Source: an uncultured Candidatus Saccharibacteria bacterium
GTDB taxonomy: Bacteria; Patescibacteriota; Minisyncoccia; Phycocordibacterales; PALSA-1337
DNA: 64,000 nt
Assembly: GCA_964645315.1 (NCBI GenBank)
Contig: CAZYBH010000003.1
Span: 5,789-69,788 of the forward strand
Direction: 5' to 3'
Shown here: in pieces, positions 7,840-18,230 of the stretch
Layout: each line of letters starts with the position of its first letter
Numbering within the stretch: position 1 is the first letter of the stretch
Translations under genes and position numbers: made by a program
Notes under the pieces: model-generated
Seen by the model: the letters and a program-made list of their open reading frames with translations, nothing else
What the model was told of the DNA's origin: nothing
Databases searched by the model: none

Positions 7840-9275
7840 ACCACCTCACTTGCACCTTTATCGTAAAGATTGAGTGGAATTTTATCCAAATTTTGAAGAA
7901 TAGGTGTTATATATTCCCAAGAAGCCATAATTTCGCCAGTCGATGCAAAAAGAGTCTGATCACCTATGAAGGCATCGTGAATCAATCTCTCATAATCATT
8001 CTTCAACAAATTGAAATTTGGTACATCTGAATACTTGAACTTCAATGTCTTGGCCTCAGTATCAAAACCGTATCCAGGCGTTTTTACAAAAAACTTGATT
8101 TTTATACCTTCATCAGGTTGTACTCGAAAAGTCAAAATGTTTTGTTCCAAAATATCTTCATTTTTTGTTACTTTCTTTTTGCCTTTTATTTTATTTTTGA
8201 AATATATATCGATCTCAGTCTTTGTCTCACTCAAAGCCTTCCCATTTTCGAGGTAAAATGTCACTCCTTTCCATCTAGAATTTTCAACCTCTGCTTTGAG
8301 CAAAAAATATGACTCAGTTTTCGATTCTGGATTGACCTTTTCATCAAGATAACCTTTGTACTGTCCGCGTACTAGATTTTGGACAACTTGTCTTGAATTT
8401 AGCTTCTTGAGACTAGACAATACCTTTTGCCTTTCCCTACGGATATCTGTAGCCTGCATTTTCTTGGGTGTATCCATAGCGACAAGAGCGAGCATTTGGA
8501 GCATGTGATTTTGTCCTACATCTTTCAATGCACCGATCGGATCATAGAATGCGCCACGGCCTTCAAGACCGATCTTTTCGTAAAGTTTGATATGGACTTT
8601 GTCGATATGATCACTATTCCACAATGATTCGAAGATCGGATTTGTAAAGCGAAATGTCAAAATATTTTGCAAAGCTTCTTTTGCAAGATAGTGGTCGATA
8701 CGGAAAATCTGCTCTTCTTTGAATAATTTACCCAATAACTTATCCAAAGATTTTGCCGTTTCTATATCATTTCCAAATGGCTTCTCTATGAGAACGCGAG
8801 TCCAGCCACTTAGATCATCACAAGGTACAGTCAGACCTGAATTGGCCAATTCTTTCAAAATACCTTCATAAAGATTTGGTGGTACAGAAAGATGGAAAAG
8901 TTTGTTGGAACATTGACCCCAAGCATCATCGGTTTTCTTGAGTCGATCAGCCAGCCTCGAATATGCAATCGGAGAATCGAAATATCCCTGTTCGTATGAA
9001 ATATGATCAAGAAAATGTTTTACATCTTCTTCATTAAATTGACCAGGGAGAATATTGAGTCGGCTTCGAATTAATTCTCTAAATTCTTCTCTAGTAAATT
9101 GTCTTCTTGAAAATCCGACAATAGAAAATCTCGGAGGCAGAAGCTTCTTTACATAAAGTGACAATAGAGCTGGCAAAAGTTTGCGATGAGCGAGATCGCC
9201 GGTAATGCCGAAAATTACAAATATTGTCGGATGCAGAGCAAGAGGTGCTATTGGCTGATTTAGCTTGATTTCCAT
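7836..9275 (-). CDS. zwf: glucose-6-phosphate 1-dehydrogenase
   Basis: NAD(P)-binding N-terminus GITGDLAHRKL, EKPFG, and the RIDHYLAKE active-site motif. Confidence 0.9.
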   Translation of the reverse strand: MEIKLNQPIAPLALHPTIFVIFGITGDLAHRKLLPALLSLYVKKLLPPRFSIVGFSRRQFTREEFRELIRSRLNILPGQFNEEDVKHFLDHISYEQGYFDSPIAYSRLADRLKKTDDAWGQCSNKLFHLSVPPNLYEGILKELANSGLTVPCDDLSGWTRVLIEKPFGNDIETAKSLDKLLGKLFKEEQIFRIDHYLAKEALQNILTFRFTNPIFESLWNSDHIDKVHIKLYEKIGLEGRGAFYDPIGALKDVGQNHMLQMLALVAMDTPKKMQATDIRRERQKVLSSLKKLNSRQVVQNLVRGQYKGYLDEKVNPESKTESYFLLKAEVENSRWKGVTFYLENGKALSETKTEIDIYFKNKIKGKKKVTKNEDILEQNILTFRVQPDEGIKIKFFVKTPGYGFDTEAKTLKFKYSDVPNFNLLKNDYERLIHDAFIGDQTLFASTGEIMASWEYITPILQNLDKIPLNLYDKGASEVV

Positions 9276-9307
9276 AAGGATTATAGTATATGAGAAAAGT
9301 CTTCTTT

Positions 9308-9511
9308 CTACAATTTTTCACCCCATTCTGACCACTTAGGATAAAATGTACCCGCAATGAATACACTAGGCAAAATGATAATGCCACACAGTATCCAAAG
9401 TCCTAATACCAAAAGTCTTGGAATCAATTCCATTAAAAAATCGAACATCCCCTTCCAAAGCCCCCAAAGTTCTTTGAATAATTCTTCCATTGTGGCAGTA
9501 AAACCTTCCAT
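9308..9511 (-). CDS. small hydrophobic membrane protein (67 aa)
   Basis: Track ORF with two predicted TM stretches. No other support. Confidence 0.35.
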   Translation of the reverse strand: MEGFTATMEELFKELWGLWKGMFDFLMELIPRLLVLGLWILCGIIILPSVFIAGTFYPKWSEWGEKL

Positions 9512-9642
9512 AATGGCATATTAGTACATAGTCAAGTTCAAATCAATATTGTAAAGTTTTCCAGATTTTATATACCTTACTATTATAGTATAATAGTAAT
9601 AGAGCGCCTCGAGTGCCAATTAGTAATTAATTTTATAATTAT

Positions 9643-10134
9643 ATGATTGAGGCACCAATTCCCCAAAATGAGCAAGATCGTATTTGTTCTGTTCACCAGC
9701 TTTCTATACTAGACACTCCAAACGAAAAAAGATTCGATGACCTTACAGAAAAGGCTAGGGTTAGATTCAAGGTGCCAATTTCTACAATTTCAATTATTGA
9801 TACAAATAGAGAATGGTACAAATCAATCAATGGTTTGGATCTAAAAGAAGCACCCCGCAACACTTCCTTTTGTGGTCATGCCTTAAACTCGGAGGTCATG
9901 ATGGTTGTCGAAGATACGACAAAGGACAATAGATTTTCGGACAATCCTTCAGTTATCAATCCTCCAAAAATCCGCTTCTATGCTGGCAAGTCTCTCTACA
10001 ATAGAAAAACCGGTCTAGCTGTTGGAGTTTTTTGCATCAAGGATACAAAACCCAGAAAGATGGAGCTTGCAGACATCAATGACTTTCTTGAAATTGCTAC
10101 CAAGGCAGAAGACGAATTAAATACTAGTCAATAA
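9643..10134 (+). CDS. GAF-domain protein (possibly free methionine-R-sulfoxide reductase-like)
   Basis: GAF-like core around FCGHALNS...VVEDT...FY. An AT-rich promoter-like tataat lies immediately upstream. Confidence 0.65.
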   Translation: MIEAPIPQNEQDRICSVHQLSILDTPNEKRFDDLTEKARVRFKVPISTISIIDTNREWYKSINGLDLKEAPRNTSFCGHALNSEVMMVVEDTTKDNRFSDNPSVINPPKIRFYAGKSLYNRKTGLAVGVFCIKDTKPRKMELADINDFLEIATKAEDELNTSQ

Positions 10135-10161
10135 ATTGACTTGTTGTGGTATTAGAGATAT

Positions 10162-10237
10162 TGGTGGACCTGAGCGGGCTCGAACCGCTTGCCTCCGCTT
10201 TGCAAAAGCGGCGCTCTACCAGGTGAGCTACAGGCCC
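10162..10237 (-). tRNA. tRNA-Ala (anticodon UGC)
   Basis: Reverse complement reads GGGCCUGUAGCUCACCUGGUAGAGCGCCGCUUUUGCAAAGCGGAGGCAAGCGGUUCGAGCCCGCUCAGGUCCACCA. Cloverleaf with anticodon loop UUUGCAA, the G3:U70 Ala identity pair, and an encoded CCA. Confidence 0.9.
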
Positions 10238-10348
10238 AGTGCGTACATATTAACTCAAAGTATTGCTATTGTAAATGGTATTGCAAAATAATTATCTGAT
10301 ATAATTATATTGGCCGTTTATCAGTTTTAATAACTAATAATAAATACT

Positions 10349-10435
10349 ATGGCCGACGCACCAAAATGTCCGGATTGCAATCATGAACATAAGCAAGAAG
10401 ATGGTACATGTTCATGCGGTTGTACAACCAAATAA
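10349..10435 (+). CDS. 28-aa Cys-rich micropeptide (MADAPKCPDCNHEHKQEDGTCSCGCTTK)
   Basis: An ATG is followed within 2 nt of the stop by a strong intrinsic terminator. Six Cys arranged CxxC ... CxCxC. Below the track size cutoff. Confidence 0.35.
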   Translation: MADAPKCPDCNHEHKQEDGTCSCGCTTK

Positions 10436-10437
10436 AC

Positions 10438-10466
10438 AAAAAATCCCCTTTCGGGGATTTTTTGTT
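10438..10466. terminator. rho-independent terminator (aaatcccc-tttc-ggggattttttg), bidirectional
   Basis: Perfect GC stem with a T-run on + and an A-run on the other side. Sits between the micropeptide (+) and the DUF378 gene (-). Confidence 0.7.
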
Positions 10467-10476
10467 TAATCAACTA

Positions 10477-10680
10477 TTACATCTGTGGAGCTGGGGCCTT
10501 TGATTTGCCTGTAAAAAGGACAACCAAAGTAGCCAAGCCAACTACAACGTAGACGACCTGTGCACCTGTAGAACCAGCGCCGAATATATAATCGACTAGG
10601 TTCCAATTAAATGCATGTAGAAGCCAATTTAGACCTCCAACGACTAATAGAACGAATGAGACATTATGTAAAGCCTTCAT
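10477..10680 (-). CDS. DUF378-family small membrane protein
   Basis: VGGLNW...L motif typical of DUF378. Two TM helices. Confidence 0.65.
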   Translation of the reverse strand: MKALHNVSFVLLVVGGLNWLLHAFNWNLVDYIFGAGSTGAQVVYVVVGLATLVVLFTGKSKAPAPQM

Positions 10681-10865
10681 GTTATATTATTATTGATTAA
10701 TACTTACCTTATAATTATAGCATTTTTAGAAAGTAGAAAAGTAGTTATCCACAATAAGCTTATCGAATTTAGAACAGAAAATTATCTGTTAATAAACCAT
10801 ATTGAAAATCAAAAAAAAGAGTCTATAATATATGGTTAAGAAATCTACAGATCGAATATTAACAG

Positions 10866-13800
10866 ATGAATAAATTACGCTCAAAGAGGCTGATTTTGTC
10901 TTTATTGTTAACTTTTAATCTTTTTTGCTCGCCAGAAACCTCAAAAGCCTATCCACCATATACAGCGAGTAGTGACTTGGTAATATCTGGTCCTTATGAC
11001 ACAGCCACATCTGGAAGTGGTAACTGGGGTTCGTCTTCTGTCACACTTAGAGACTTCATCGCTATTGGTCAAAAATACAGAATAAGAAAAACGGGAACAA
11101 TCGAAAGAATTAGAATGTATACAGATAGCACTCAAGATCTGACAGGATTTTATTTGATGATTTGGAGGCAGAACGGATCAAATTATGATCTTGTCGGAAC
11201 ATCAGAAAATCTTGCTAGCAATCTATCTTCAGGTTCTTATTCAACTATTACACTCTCTAGTCCGATTACCGGCGTTCAGGAAGGTGACTTCTACGGAGGA
11301 AGGATGCAATGGACATCTCCACACAATTCCTTTTACGCAAGGACGGGTGTATCCGGAGTTACTTCTTATTTTTATAATGGACAAGCATCGACAACAAATT
11401 TTGCTTGGGAATCTAAAACTTCGACCGCCGGATCTGTGATGCCAATAGAGATATATATGTCTGCCCCACAAGCCGTCTTTATTGGTGATTCAATAATCAT
11501 GGGAGCTACTGACCATACATCTTACCTCACGACCACATTAGAAAGTTCTACATCTACGACGATAGAAGGACACCTTCATGATCTTACCGGTTATTCTTAT
11601 CAAAACATGGGTATAGGGTCACAAAAAACATCCGATATTTTGGCTAGAATTAGCAGTGATGTGGTGGCTCTCAAACCCCAAATTGTAGTAATAAATGGTG
11701 GAGTAAATGATATAGCCGGAAGTATAAGCAAATCAACTTTTATTGCAAATTGGACCAGTATTTTGGACACATTTCAATCAGATAGTAATATCAAAAAGGT
11801 TATCGTCCTTAAGATTCTCCCTTGGACAAATGGCACAAACACCCAAATGCAGACGAGAGATGATTGGAATGCATCGCTTGCAACTCTAGCCTCAAACTAT
11901 TCAAAAGCTCTAGTTGTAGATGCTGATTCATATGTCGGTCAATTTCGCGCCGGTGGTGATTCAAACAATTTGTGGGATATAAATCCGTCATACAATTCAG
12001 ATGGTGTACATTTTAATTCTAGTGGTCACCTTCAGATTGCTACTGCAATAAAAAACGCTTTGGACTCACTACCAGCAAAAGTACTTTCATTTTCTCCGAC
12101 AAATGGTCAAGCGGCAGTAGCAGTCAATTCAAATTTAGTTATAAATTTTGACAATATAGTCGATAGCCAATCAGGTAATGACAATGATATTCAGATTATT
12201 AATTCTGCAGATAATTCCGTAGTCGAAACCATAGACGCCCAATCATCTAAGGTCAGTGGCAGTGGTTCTTCTTCCATTACAATAAATCCGGATATAAATT
12301 TGAATACGGATTCTAGCTATCATATCCTGATTGGAGCAAATGCTTTCAAAGGAAGTGGGGCGGCAAATTATGCAGGCATTTCCAGTGGCTCGACTTGGTC
12401 TTTTGATACTGTAGATACGATTCGACCTGTAGTCAGTTCATATTATCCAAGCAATGCTAGTACTAGCGTCTCGATCAGTTCAAATCTATCAATCACTTTT
12501 GACAAGATAGTAACTGCAAGTTCTGGAATTAATAATGATATTACAATTAGAAAACTTTCCGATGACACAGTATTCGAAACTATCGATATACAATCGGCCA
12601 ATATAACTGGTAGTGGCACAAATACAATAACCATAAATCCTACCAGCAATTTTGATATAAATACCGCCTACTACGTCACTATTGACTCAGGAGCATTAGT
12701 TGATCAAAGTGGAAATTATTTCCTAGGTGTTAATAATAATACAACATGGTCATTTAGGACGATAAACTATGTCGGCTCTTATCAATATCGAAAATCTATT
12801 ACAATCAGCAATACAAATATAAGTTCGACTCTTACAGACTTCCCTCTTTACATAAAAATTACCAACGATTCAAATATTGGAAGTGCAGCGAGAAATGACG
12901 GCCATGACATTCTGTTCACAGATAGTTCAAATTCACCATTACCTTACGAAAGAGAATCATGGTCAGGCGGTGGTGGCTCGTCGGCAAATGGAAGTTTTTG
13001 GGTAAAAACTACTCTCAATGCGGACAACAATACATCTACCAATGATACTATATATGTATATTACGGATATTCAAACTCTACAGACAATCAAGATGTAGCA
13101 GATGGAAATAACGATGTCTGGAATTCAAATTTTGCCGGAGTTTGGCATCTTGCAGAAAGTGCGACTGATGAGCAAGTTGTCAGCAATAAACACATAGATT
13201 CAACTATCAATGCAAAATATGGAAATCAAAATGGAAATGCGCAGACGACTGGCAAAATTTCCTATGGACAAGCCTTCGACGGTGTCGATGACAATGTAAC
13301 AATGAGTTCAGCTGCATATTCAAGTCGAGATATTACAGTCACCTGGTGGTCCAAATGTGGGGTTGTAACACCGACAGCAGAAGGTTTGTTTGATATAAAC
13401 CGTGGAGCGACCGATAGGCTCTTTGGTTATCATTGGAGTATAGGCGGACAAAATGGAATTTATATTGACTACAGAGATACTAGTGCAAGTACTCACAATG
13501 TCAGGATTCTCGATAGTTCTATTACACAATCTGATTGGCATTATTTCGCCGCAATATGGAATGAAACTGCCCGAACACTTACTATTTACAAAGATGGTAT
13601 TGCCCAAAGTGCAAGCATGGTCAGTAGTCCAACCATTCCAAGTGGTACCGATACAAGGATTGGTATTGGTGCTGTAGCAAATGAAGGTAATGTTTCAATT
13701 GACGAATTTAGAATTTCTTCGACATCATTAAGTTCTGCTTGGATTAGGTTCGAATATGAAAACATGTCGAGCGCAACAAATGAACTTACATTTGGTAGTC

Positions 13801-14717
13801 AGACAGCAAATACAAGCTCAGACGATATCACCGCCCCACAAAATCCTTCATCACCAAGTTTTGGTACAGTCACATCGAGCTCCATCGAAATTATCAAACC
13901 AGACACTGTGACAGAGACCGAATCAGGTCTATACAAATGGCAAGCTCGTAGGGATAGTGCAACTCTACTTGGATACCAAGCTATAGCTTCCACTTCAATA
14001 ACAGATACAGGTTTGAGCCCAAATACTTCATATTCGTATGATGCAAATTTTATGGATCAAACATTCAATCTTGGATCCTATAGTAATCAAGTTTCAAAAT
14101 ATACTCTAGCAGACAAACCAACCGCTCTTGCAATCAGTGTATCAGGAGATAATGTCACAGTAAGTTCAAACGCGCTTCCAAATGATTCATCAGGTAGCTC
14201 AGGATATTATTTTACCCGCACTGGTGATTATAATTCTGGTTGGATACATTCAAATACTTGGACATTCAGCAATATTCCTTGCAACCAAAACATAGAATAC
14301 AAAGTAAAATTTCGAAATGCAGAAGGAGTAGAAACTGACTATTACAATACTTATAGACAAAGTAGTGAATGCCCTCGATCCGGTTCAACAAGTAGAGTTA
14401 TTATAAATAAAAATCTATTTACATTACCTCCCCAATTAGCTTCACCTAAGTCTAATACTTCATTTAGTAAACCAATTCCATTTGGTTCTAGGTCAAAGGA
14501 AGTTATTGAATTGCAAACTTTATTGGCAACAATGCCAGATATATATCCAGAAAAAATCATAAGTGGATATTACGGAAAATTGACAGAAAATGCCATAAAA
14601 AAGCTACAAATCAAATACAATGTGGTAAAATCTACTAATGATCCTGCCTATGGTTATATGGGTCCGAAAACTCGCGCATTAATTAATCAACTAATAAATA
14701 AAAATGAATCTAGATAA
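10866..14717 (+). CDS. large secreted cell-surface protein: SGNH/GDSL hydrolase + 2 Ig-like (Big) + LamG/concanavalin-like + Fn3-like + C-terminal peptidoglycan-binding domain
   Basis: N-terminal signal peptide. FIGDSIIMG and GGVNDI (SGNH motifs). Two tandem ~100-aa Ig-like repeats. VWHLAES...DEFRIS (LamG). C-terminus ELQTLLATMPD...GYYGKLTENAIKKLQ (PG_binding_1-like). Confidence 0.85.
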   Translation: MNKLRSKRLILSLLLTFNLFCSPETSKAYPPYTASSDLVISGPYDTATSGSGNWGSSSVTLRDFIAIGQKYRIRKTGTIERIRMYTDSTQDLTGFYLMIWRQNGSNYDLVGTSENLASNLSSGSYSTITLSSPITGVQEGDFYGGRMQWTSPHNSFYARTGVSGVTSYFYNGQASTTNFAWESKTSTAGSVMPIEIYMSAPQAVFIGDSIIMGATDHTSYLTTTLESSTSTTIEGHLHDLTGYSYQNMGIGSQKTSDILARISSDVVALKPQIVVINGGVNDIAGSISKSTFIANWTSILDTFQSDSNIKKVIVLKILPWTNGTNTQMQTRDDWNASLATLASNYSKALVVDADSYVGQFRAGGDSNNLWDINPSYNSDGVHFNSSGHLQIATAIKNALDSLPAKVLSFSPTNGQAAVAVNSNLVINFDNIVDSQSGNDNDIQIINSADNSVVETIDAQSSKVSGSGSSSITINPDINLNTDSSYHILIGANAFKGSGAANYAGISSGSTWSFDTVDTIRPVVSSYYPSNASTSVSISSNLSITFDKIVTASSGINNDITIRKLSDDTVFETIDIQSANITGSGTNTITINPTSNFDINTAYYVTIDSGALVDQSGNYFLGVNNNTTWSFRTINYVGSYQYRKSITISNTNISSTLTDFPLYIKITNDSNIGSAARNDGHDILFTDSSNSPLPYERESWSGGGGSSANGSFWVKTTLNADNNTSTNDTIYVYYGYSNSTDNQDVADGNNDVWNSNFAGVWHLAESATDEQVVSNKHIDSTINAKYGNQNGNAQTTGKISYGQAFDGVDDNVTMSSAAYSSRDITVTWWSKCGVVTPTAEGLFDINRGATDRLFGYHWSIGGQNGIYIDYRDTSASTHNVRILDSSITQSDWHYFAAIWNETARTLTIYKDGIAQSASMVSSPTIPSGTDTRIGIGAVANEGNVSIDEFRISSTSLSSAWIRFEYENMSSATNELTFGSQTANTSSDDITAPQNPSSPSFGTVTSSSIEIIKPDTVTETESGLYKWQARRDSATLLGYQAIASTSITDTGLSPNTSYSYDANFMDQTFNLGSYSNQVSKYTLADKPTALAISVSGDNVTVSSNALPNDSSGSSGYYFTRTGDYNSGWIHSNTWTFSNIPCNQNIEYKVKFRNAEGVETDYYNTYRQSSECPRSGSTSRVIINKNLFTLPPQLASPKSNTSFSKPIPFGSRSKEVIELQTLLATMPDIYPEKIISGYYGKLTENAIKKLQIKYNVVKSTNDPAYGYMGPKTRALINQLINKNESR

Positions 14718-15387
14718 AAAAAAGTTTCTAATCAACACATCGATTATATCGATATACAATATAATATTATCAATATTCTTCTATATTCAAGCGGATGGAG
14801 AAGCTATAGCATTCTTCTTCATATTGCCTACAGTAGCATTTGTCATCTTATATGCGATAACTTATTTCAAAGAGGTAAATTTTGCAAAACAATCATATAA
14901 GACTAGTCACTTATTCAATTATTTTGCCATCTTAGCTACCATAATTATACTTCTTGGTATTTATACTGATAACAAATCTTCATCACCTGGAGGCGGTATC
15001 ATTTTATTCTTTTTTGGTGCGCTTTGGGTAATTCCAATGATAGTTGCTCTGATTTCTTATTTTATTGGTTTTTTCTCGAAAAGTAAGCAAATGAGCGAAC
15101 AAATGTCTAATGATTCTGGCTTATCCAAATCAAGAAGCTTATTTTTTGTGCTCAACATTATGATGAGCGCCTTATTTATGTTTCTTTTCGTCGGAGATAT
15201 ATACCAGTACATATCTCATAGTTATAGAACTAATATAGACTACGCCATATTCATACCTATATTTGTCTTGTTAGGAGCAAGCATTCTTACAAGAAAAAAA
15301 TCATCTGTAATATACTGGGTAACTCAGGTTCTATCTATAGTAATAATAATATACATTGTATTAAAAGCTATAGGTTTCAGATTTTAA
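14704..15387 (+). CDS. polytopic membrane protein (hypothetical)
   Basis: Start overlaps the previous stop by 14 nt. At least six hydrophobic segments. Confidence 0.55.
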   Translation: MNLDKKKFLINTSIISIYNIILSIFFYIQADGEAIAFFFILPTVAFVILYAITYFKEVNFAKQSYKTSHLFNYFAILATIIILLGIYTDNKSSSPGGGIILFFFGALWVIPMIVALISYFIGFFSKSKQMSEQMSNDSGLSKSRSLFFVLNIMMSALFMFLFVGDIYQYISHSYRTNIDYAIFIPIFVLLGASILTRKKSSVIYWVTQVLSIVIIIYIVLKAIGFRF

Positions 15388-15426
15388 AATAATCATTATT
15401 CTAATATCTAATAAAACTGTCAAAAC

Positions 15427-16404
15427 TTACCTAACCTTCTCCAACAAATGCTCGATAAAATGATGCAGATCACTACCTACAGCTCTTAGAGCTTTGGGGA
15501 ATAGTGATTCTTCGGTAAGACCTGGTAGAGTATTGACCTCCAAAGTATAAATCCCACGCCTTGGGTGGATGATAAAATCAGATCGAGAGTAATGTCTGAG
15601 TCCCATAATCTCATGAATCTTTTTTGATAATTCTTCTATTTCCCTTTTTATTTTCGAAGAAAATGTAGCCGGAACTATCTCTTTAGTTTCATTGCCATAC
15701 TTGGCATTAAAATCAAAAAACTCTGAAGCTGGTCGGATCTCGACAGGAGGCAAAGCATAGAATCTCTCACCACGGAAATGATCGATCACTCCGCAAGTCG
15801 CCTCAATACCCTTGATGTATTCTTCGACTATGACTTCATCACTGTGAGCCGAAGCATTGTACAAAGCAGGATAGAAATCGCTAAATTTCCTAACTATTGA
15901 AACGCCGACAGATGAACCGCTTGCGCTAGGTTTGACGACAGCCGGCATCACAAAAGAATTGAACAGATCTCTCAATATTGATTCTGGCTCATTTTGGATC
16001 TCTCCACTTGAAATGACTACTGCATAAGGATTTTTGATACCATGACTGTTTAGAATTTTCTTGGTCATGACTTTATTCATGCCGATAGCCGAACTTGCCG
16101 ATCCACTTCCAGTAAAAGGGATTTTGTGCCATTCAAGTAGAGACTGGATCTTACCGTCTTCACCATAAGTACCGTGTAAGGCGTTGAATACTACATCAAC
16201 AAGAGAATGCAAACCGGTGACACTGATCGGATTGCCCTCATGAGTCCAATTGCCATTTCTGTCGATAATAATATCGAAGGGTCTGTATTTGTCGGAGAGA
16301 TTTTCGTTAATCGATTTTGCCACAGCCTGACCAGTACGAAGAGAGACCTCTGCTTCTGCCGAAGGTCCGCCACGCAAAATTCCAACTCTTACTATATGAG
16401 ACAT
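15427..16404 (-). CDS. ddl: D-alanine--D-alanine ligase
   Basis: ATP-grasp fold: HGTYGEDGKIQSLLE and GSGSASSAIGMNKV motifs typical of Ddl. Confidence 0.9.
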   Translation of the reverse strand: MSHIVRVGILRGGPSAEAEVSLRTGQAVAKSINENLSDKYRPFDIIIDRNGNWTHEGNPISVTGLHSLVDVVFNALHGTYGEDGKIQSLLEWHKIPFTGSGSASSAIGMNKVMTKKILNSHGIKNPYAVVISSGEIQNEPESILRDLFNSFVMPAVVKPSASGSSVGVSIVRKFSDFYPALYNASAHSDEVIVEEYIKGIEATCGVIDHFRGERFYALPPVEIRPASEFFDFNAKYGNETKEIVPATFSSKIKREIEELSKKIHEIMGLRHYSRSDFIIHPRRGIYTLEVNTLPGLTEESLFPKALRAVGSDLHHFIEHLLEKVR

Positions 16405-16423
16405 AAGAGTATTATAACTCTAT

Positions 16424-17653
16424 TTAGCCAAGACCAAAACTTTTATCCCTCAATTGGCGATGGTATTTGATAGAAAATCTATGCGCTTCAGCATTTATTG
16501 AGACAATATTTGATTTGAATTTTGAAATTAATTCTGGATTACCGACAAAACTATTAGCTTTGTGCCTGCTATCCTTGGTTACAGCTACTATAGGTAAATT
16601 GAATCTTCTTGCTTGCAATACTGCTTCAGCAACTTTGACATGTCTTTCATCACCATCGACTACCAAAAGATCTGGGAATGCCCATTCACTATGATTGAAT
16701 CTTCTGGTCAAAATTTCTTTCAAACCAGCCAAATCATCATTTTTGTCTAAAGAAATTTTGAATTTGCGATATTCATTTTTATTGAAAATACCATTTTCCA
16801 TGACAACCATAGTACCGACGACATCTTGCCCTGAAATGTGCGCTATATCATAAGCTTCAATCCTAAAATTTTTATTGCTATAACTTTCTTTTGATTTTTT
16901 GATAAGGGAAATATCATTGATATGATCCAAAGCATACAGAAGTTTTTTGCAAGAATTGGCCTGCTCAAATTTTTGATTTTGAGCACTCTCTTTCATTTCT
17001 TTTTTTAGTTCTGCTTTGAGCGTTGCGACTTTATTATCAAAAAATAAGATCAGATTATTGATTGTCTTATTGTACTCTGTGAGATTTTGATCTCTAGAAA
17101 TATCTGGCGCCCGACCAATAGCACTATAAAAAGCTTGGTGTCTTTCATCGACAGATTTTTGATCTCTATAGGGAAAGATTTTTCTCAAAATTTTCAAAGC
17201 TTCTTTGATAAGACCTGCATCAGTAAAAGGACCAAAGACTTTTTTTACTTTGTATGGCAGTGTTCCCAAAGAATTCATTTTGTCGTAATCTCTAACCCTA
17301 ACCAAAAAGACTCGAGGCCATTCTTCTTCGGTAATAATGACATACTGATCACTTTTATCATCTCTATCATCGACATTGTAGGTAGGTTGATAGCGCTTGA
17401 TCAGATTACTTTCAAGAACGATTGCCTCCAAAACACTTTTTGTTTCTTCCCAGGTAATGAATTTTGCCTTGGTGATCATATCGACAATTCTCGGACCCCT
17501 TGTTTCAATCAAATCATTGGCAAAATAGCTCTTAGTGCGATCTTTGAGTGACGTTGCTCGGCCAATGTAAATAGGACGCTTCCGATAATCGCGAAAGATG
17601 TACACCCCCGGACTATCGGGTATTTTTTTGTTTTTTATATATGTAAAATTCAT
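16424..17653 (-). CDS. uvrC: excinuclease ABC subunit C, short form (GIY-YIG + RNase H-like endonuclease domain; no C-terminal HhH)
   Basis: PGVYIF...IYIGRATSLKDRTKSYF (GIY-YIG). RIEAYDIAHISG ... PDLLVVDGD ... AEAHRF (UvrC endonuclease domain). Only 409 aa. Confidence 0.8.
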   Translation of the reverse strand: MNFTYIKNKKIPDSPGVYIFRDYRKRPIYIGRATSLKDRTKSYFANDLIETRGPRIVDMITKAKFITWEETKSVLEAIVLESNLIKRYQPTYNVDDRDDKSDQYVIITEEEWPRVFLVRVRDYDKMNSLGTLPYKVKKVFGPFTDAGLIKEALKILRKIFPYRDQKSVDERHQAFYSAIGRAPDISRDQNLTEYNKTINNLILFFDNKVATLKAELKKEMKESAQNQKFEQANSCKKLLYALDHINDISLIKKSKESYSNKNFRIEAYDIAHISGQDVVGTMVVMENGIFNKNEYRKFKISLDKNDDLAGLKEILTRRFNHSEWAFPDLLVVDGDERHVKVAEAVLQARRFNLPIVAVTKDSRHKANSFVGNPELISKFKSNIVSINAEAHRFSIKYHRQLRDKSFGLG

Positions 17654-17748
17654 TAATTTTGTCGCACTGCGTCACCGCAAGGGACAAGTATTTTATACCA
17701 GATTTTAGACGAATTGGCACTACAGTTGGTTTTGCTTTATTTTAAACT

Positions 17749-18168
17749 CTATGACACTACCGCCTTCAAATACTCATCATTACTTTCCTCATCTACCGCA
17801 TCAATTGCTCGATAATCAATAGTCATTTCTTCTCCAATTTCAATATCTCTTGTAGCAACCGTGCAAATTTCAGCGTCACCTTCAGATAATTTTTCATCTT
17901 CAGCGATGTTTGGATTTGTAGAATGATTCGTGAATCTGGTGTTGTCGATAGAATAGACATATTTGCCACTCTTTTTCGAAAGATAAGCAAAATGGACTAT
18001 CAAATCCTTTTGCAAGTCCGGCATTTTTTGTACCTCACTAGAATCAAAATATAAATCGAATCGTGGATCAAATTTCCAAGTCACAGTTCCTTTCGGAATA
18101 AACTGATCTGCGAATAATCCGATACCTTCAATGTGACTTTGTCCGATCTTAGTTTTAACAATTAGCAT
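17749..18168 (-). CDS. SET-domain protein (putative protein-lysine methyltransferase)
   Basis: GIGLFA..IPKG, FTNHSTNPN (NHSxxPN motif) and GEEMTIDY (GEE.T.DY post-SET-like motif). Confidence 0.7.
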   Translation of the reverse strand: MLIVKTKIGQSHIEGIGLFADQFIPKGTVTWKFDPRFDLYFDSSEVQKMPDLQKDLIVHFAYLSKKSGKYVYSIDNTRFTNHSTNPNIAEDEKLSEGDAEICTVATRDIEIGEEMTIDYRAIDAVDEESNDEYLKAVVS

Positions 18169-18230
18169 GAGATTATTATACTGGAAACTCGACTAACCTT
18201 AAACTCTATGATACCACTATCTTCTCAATA

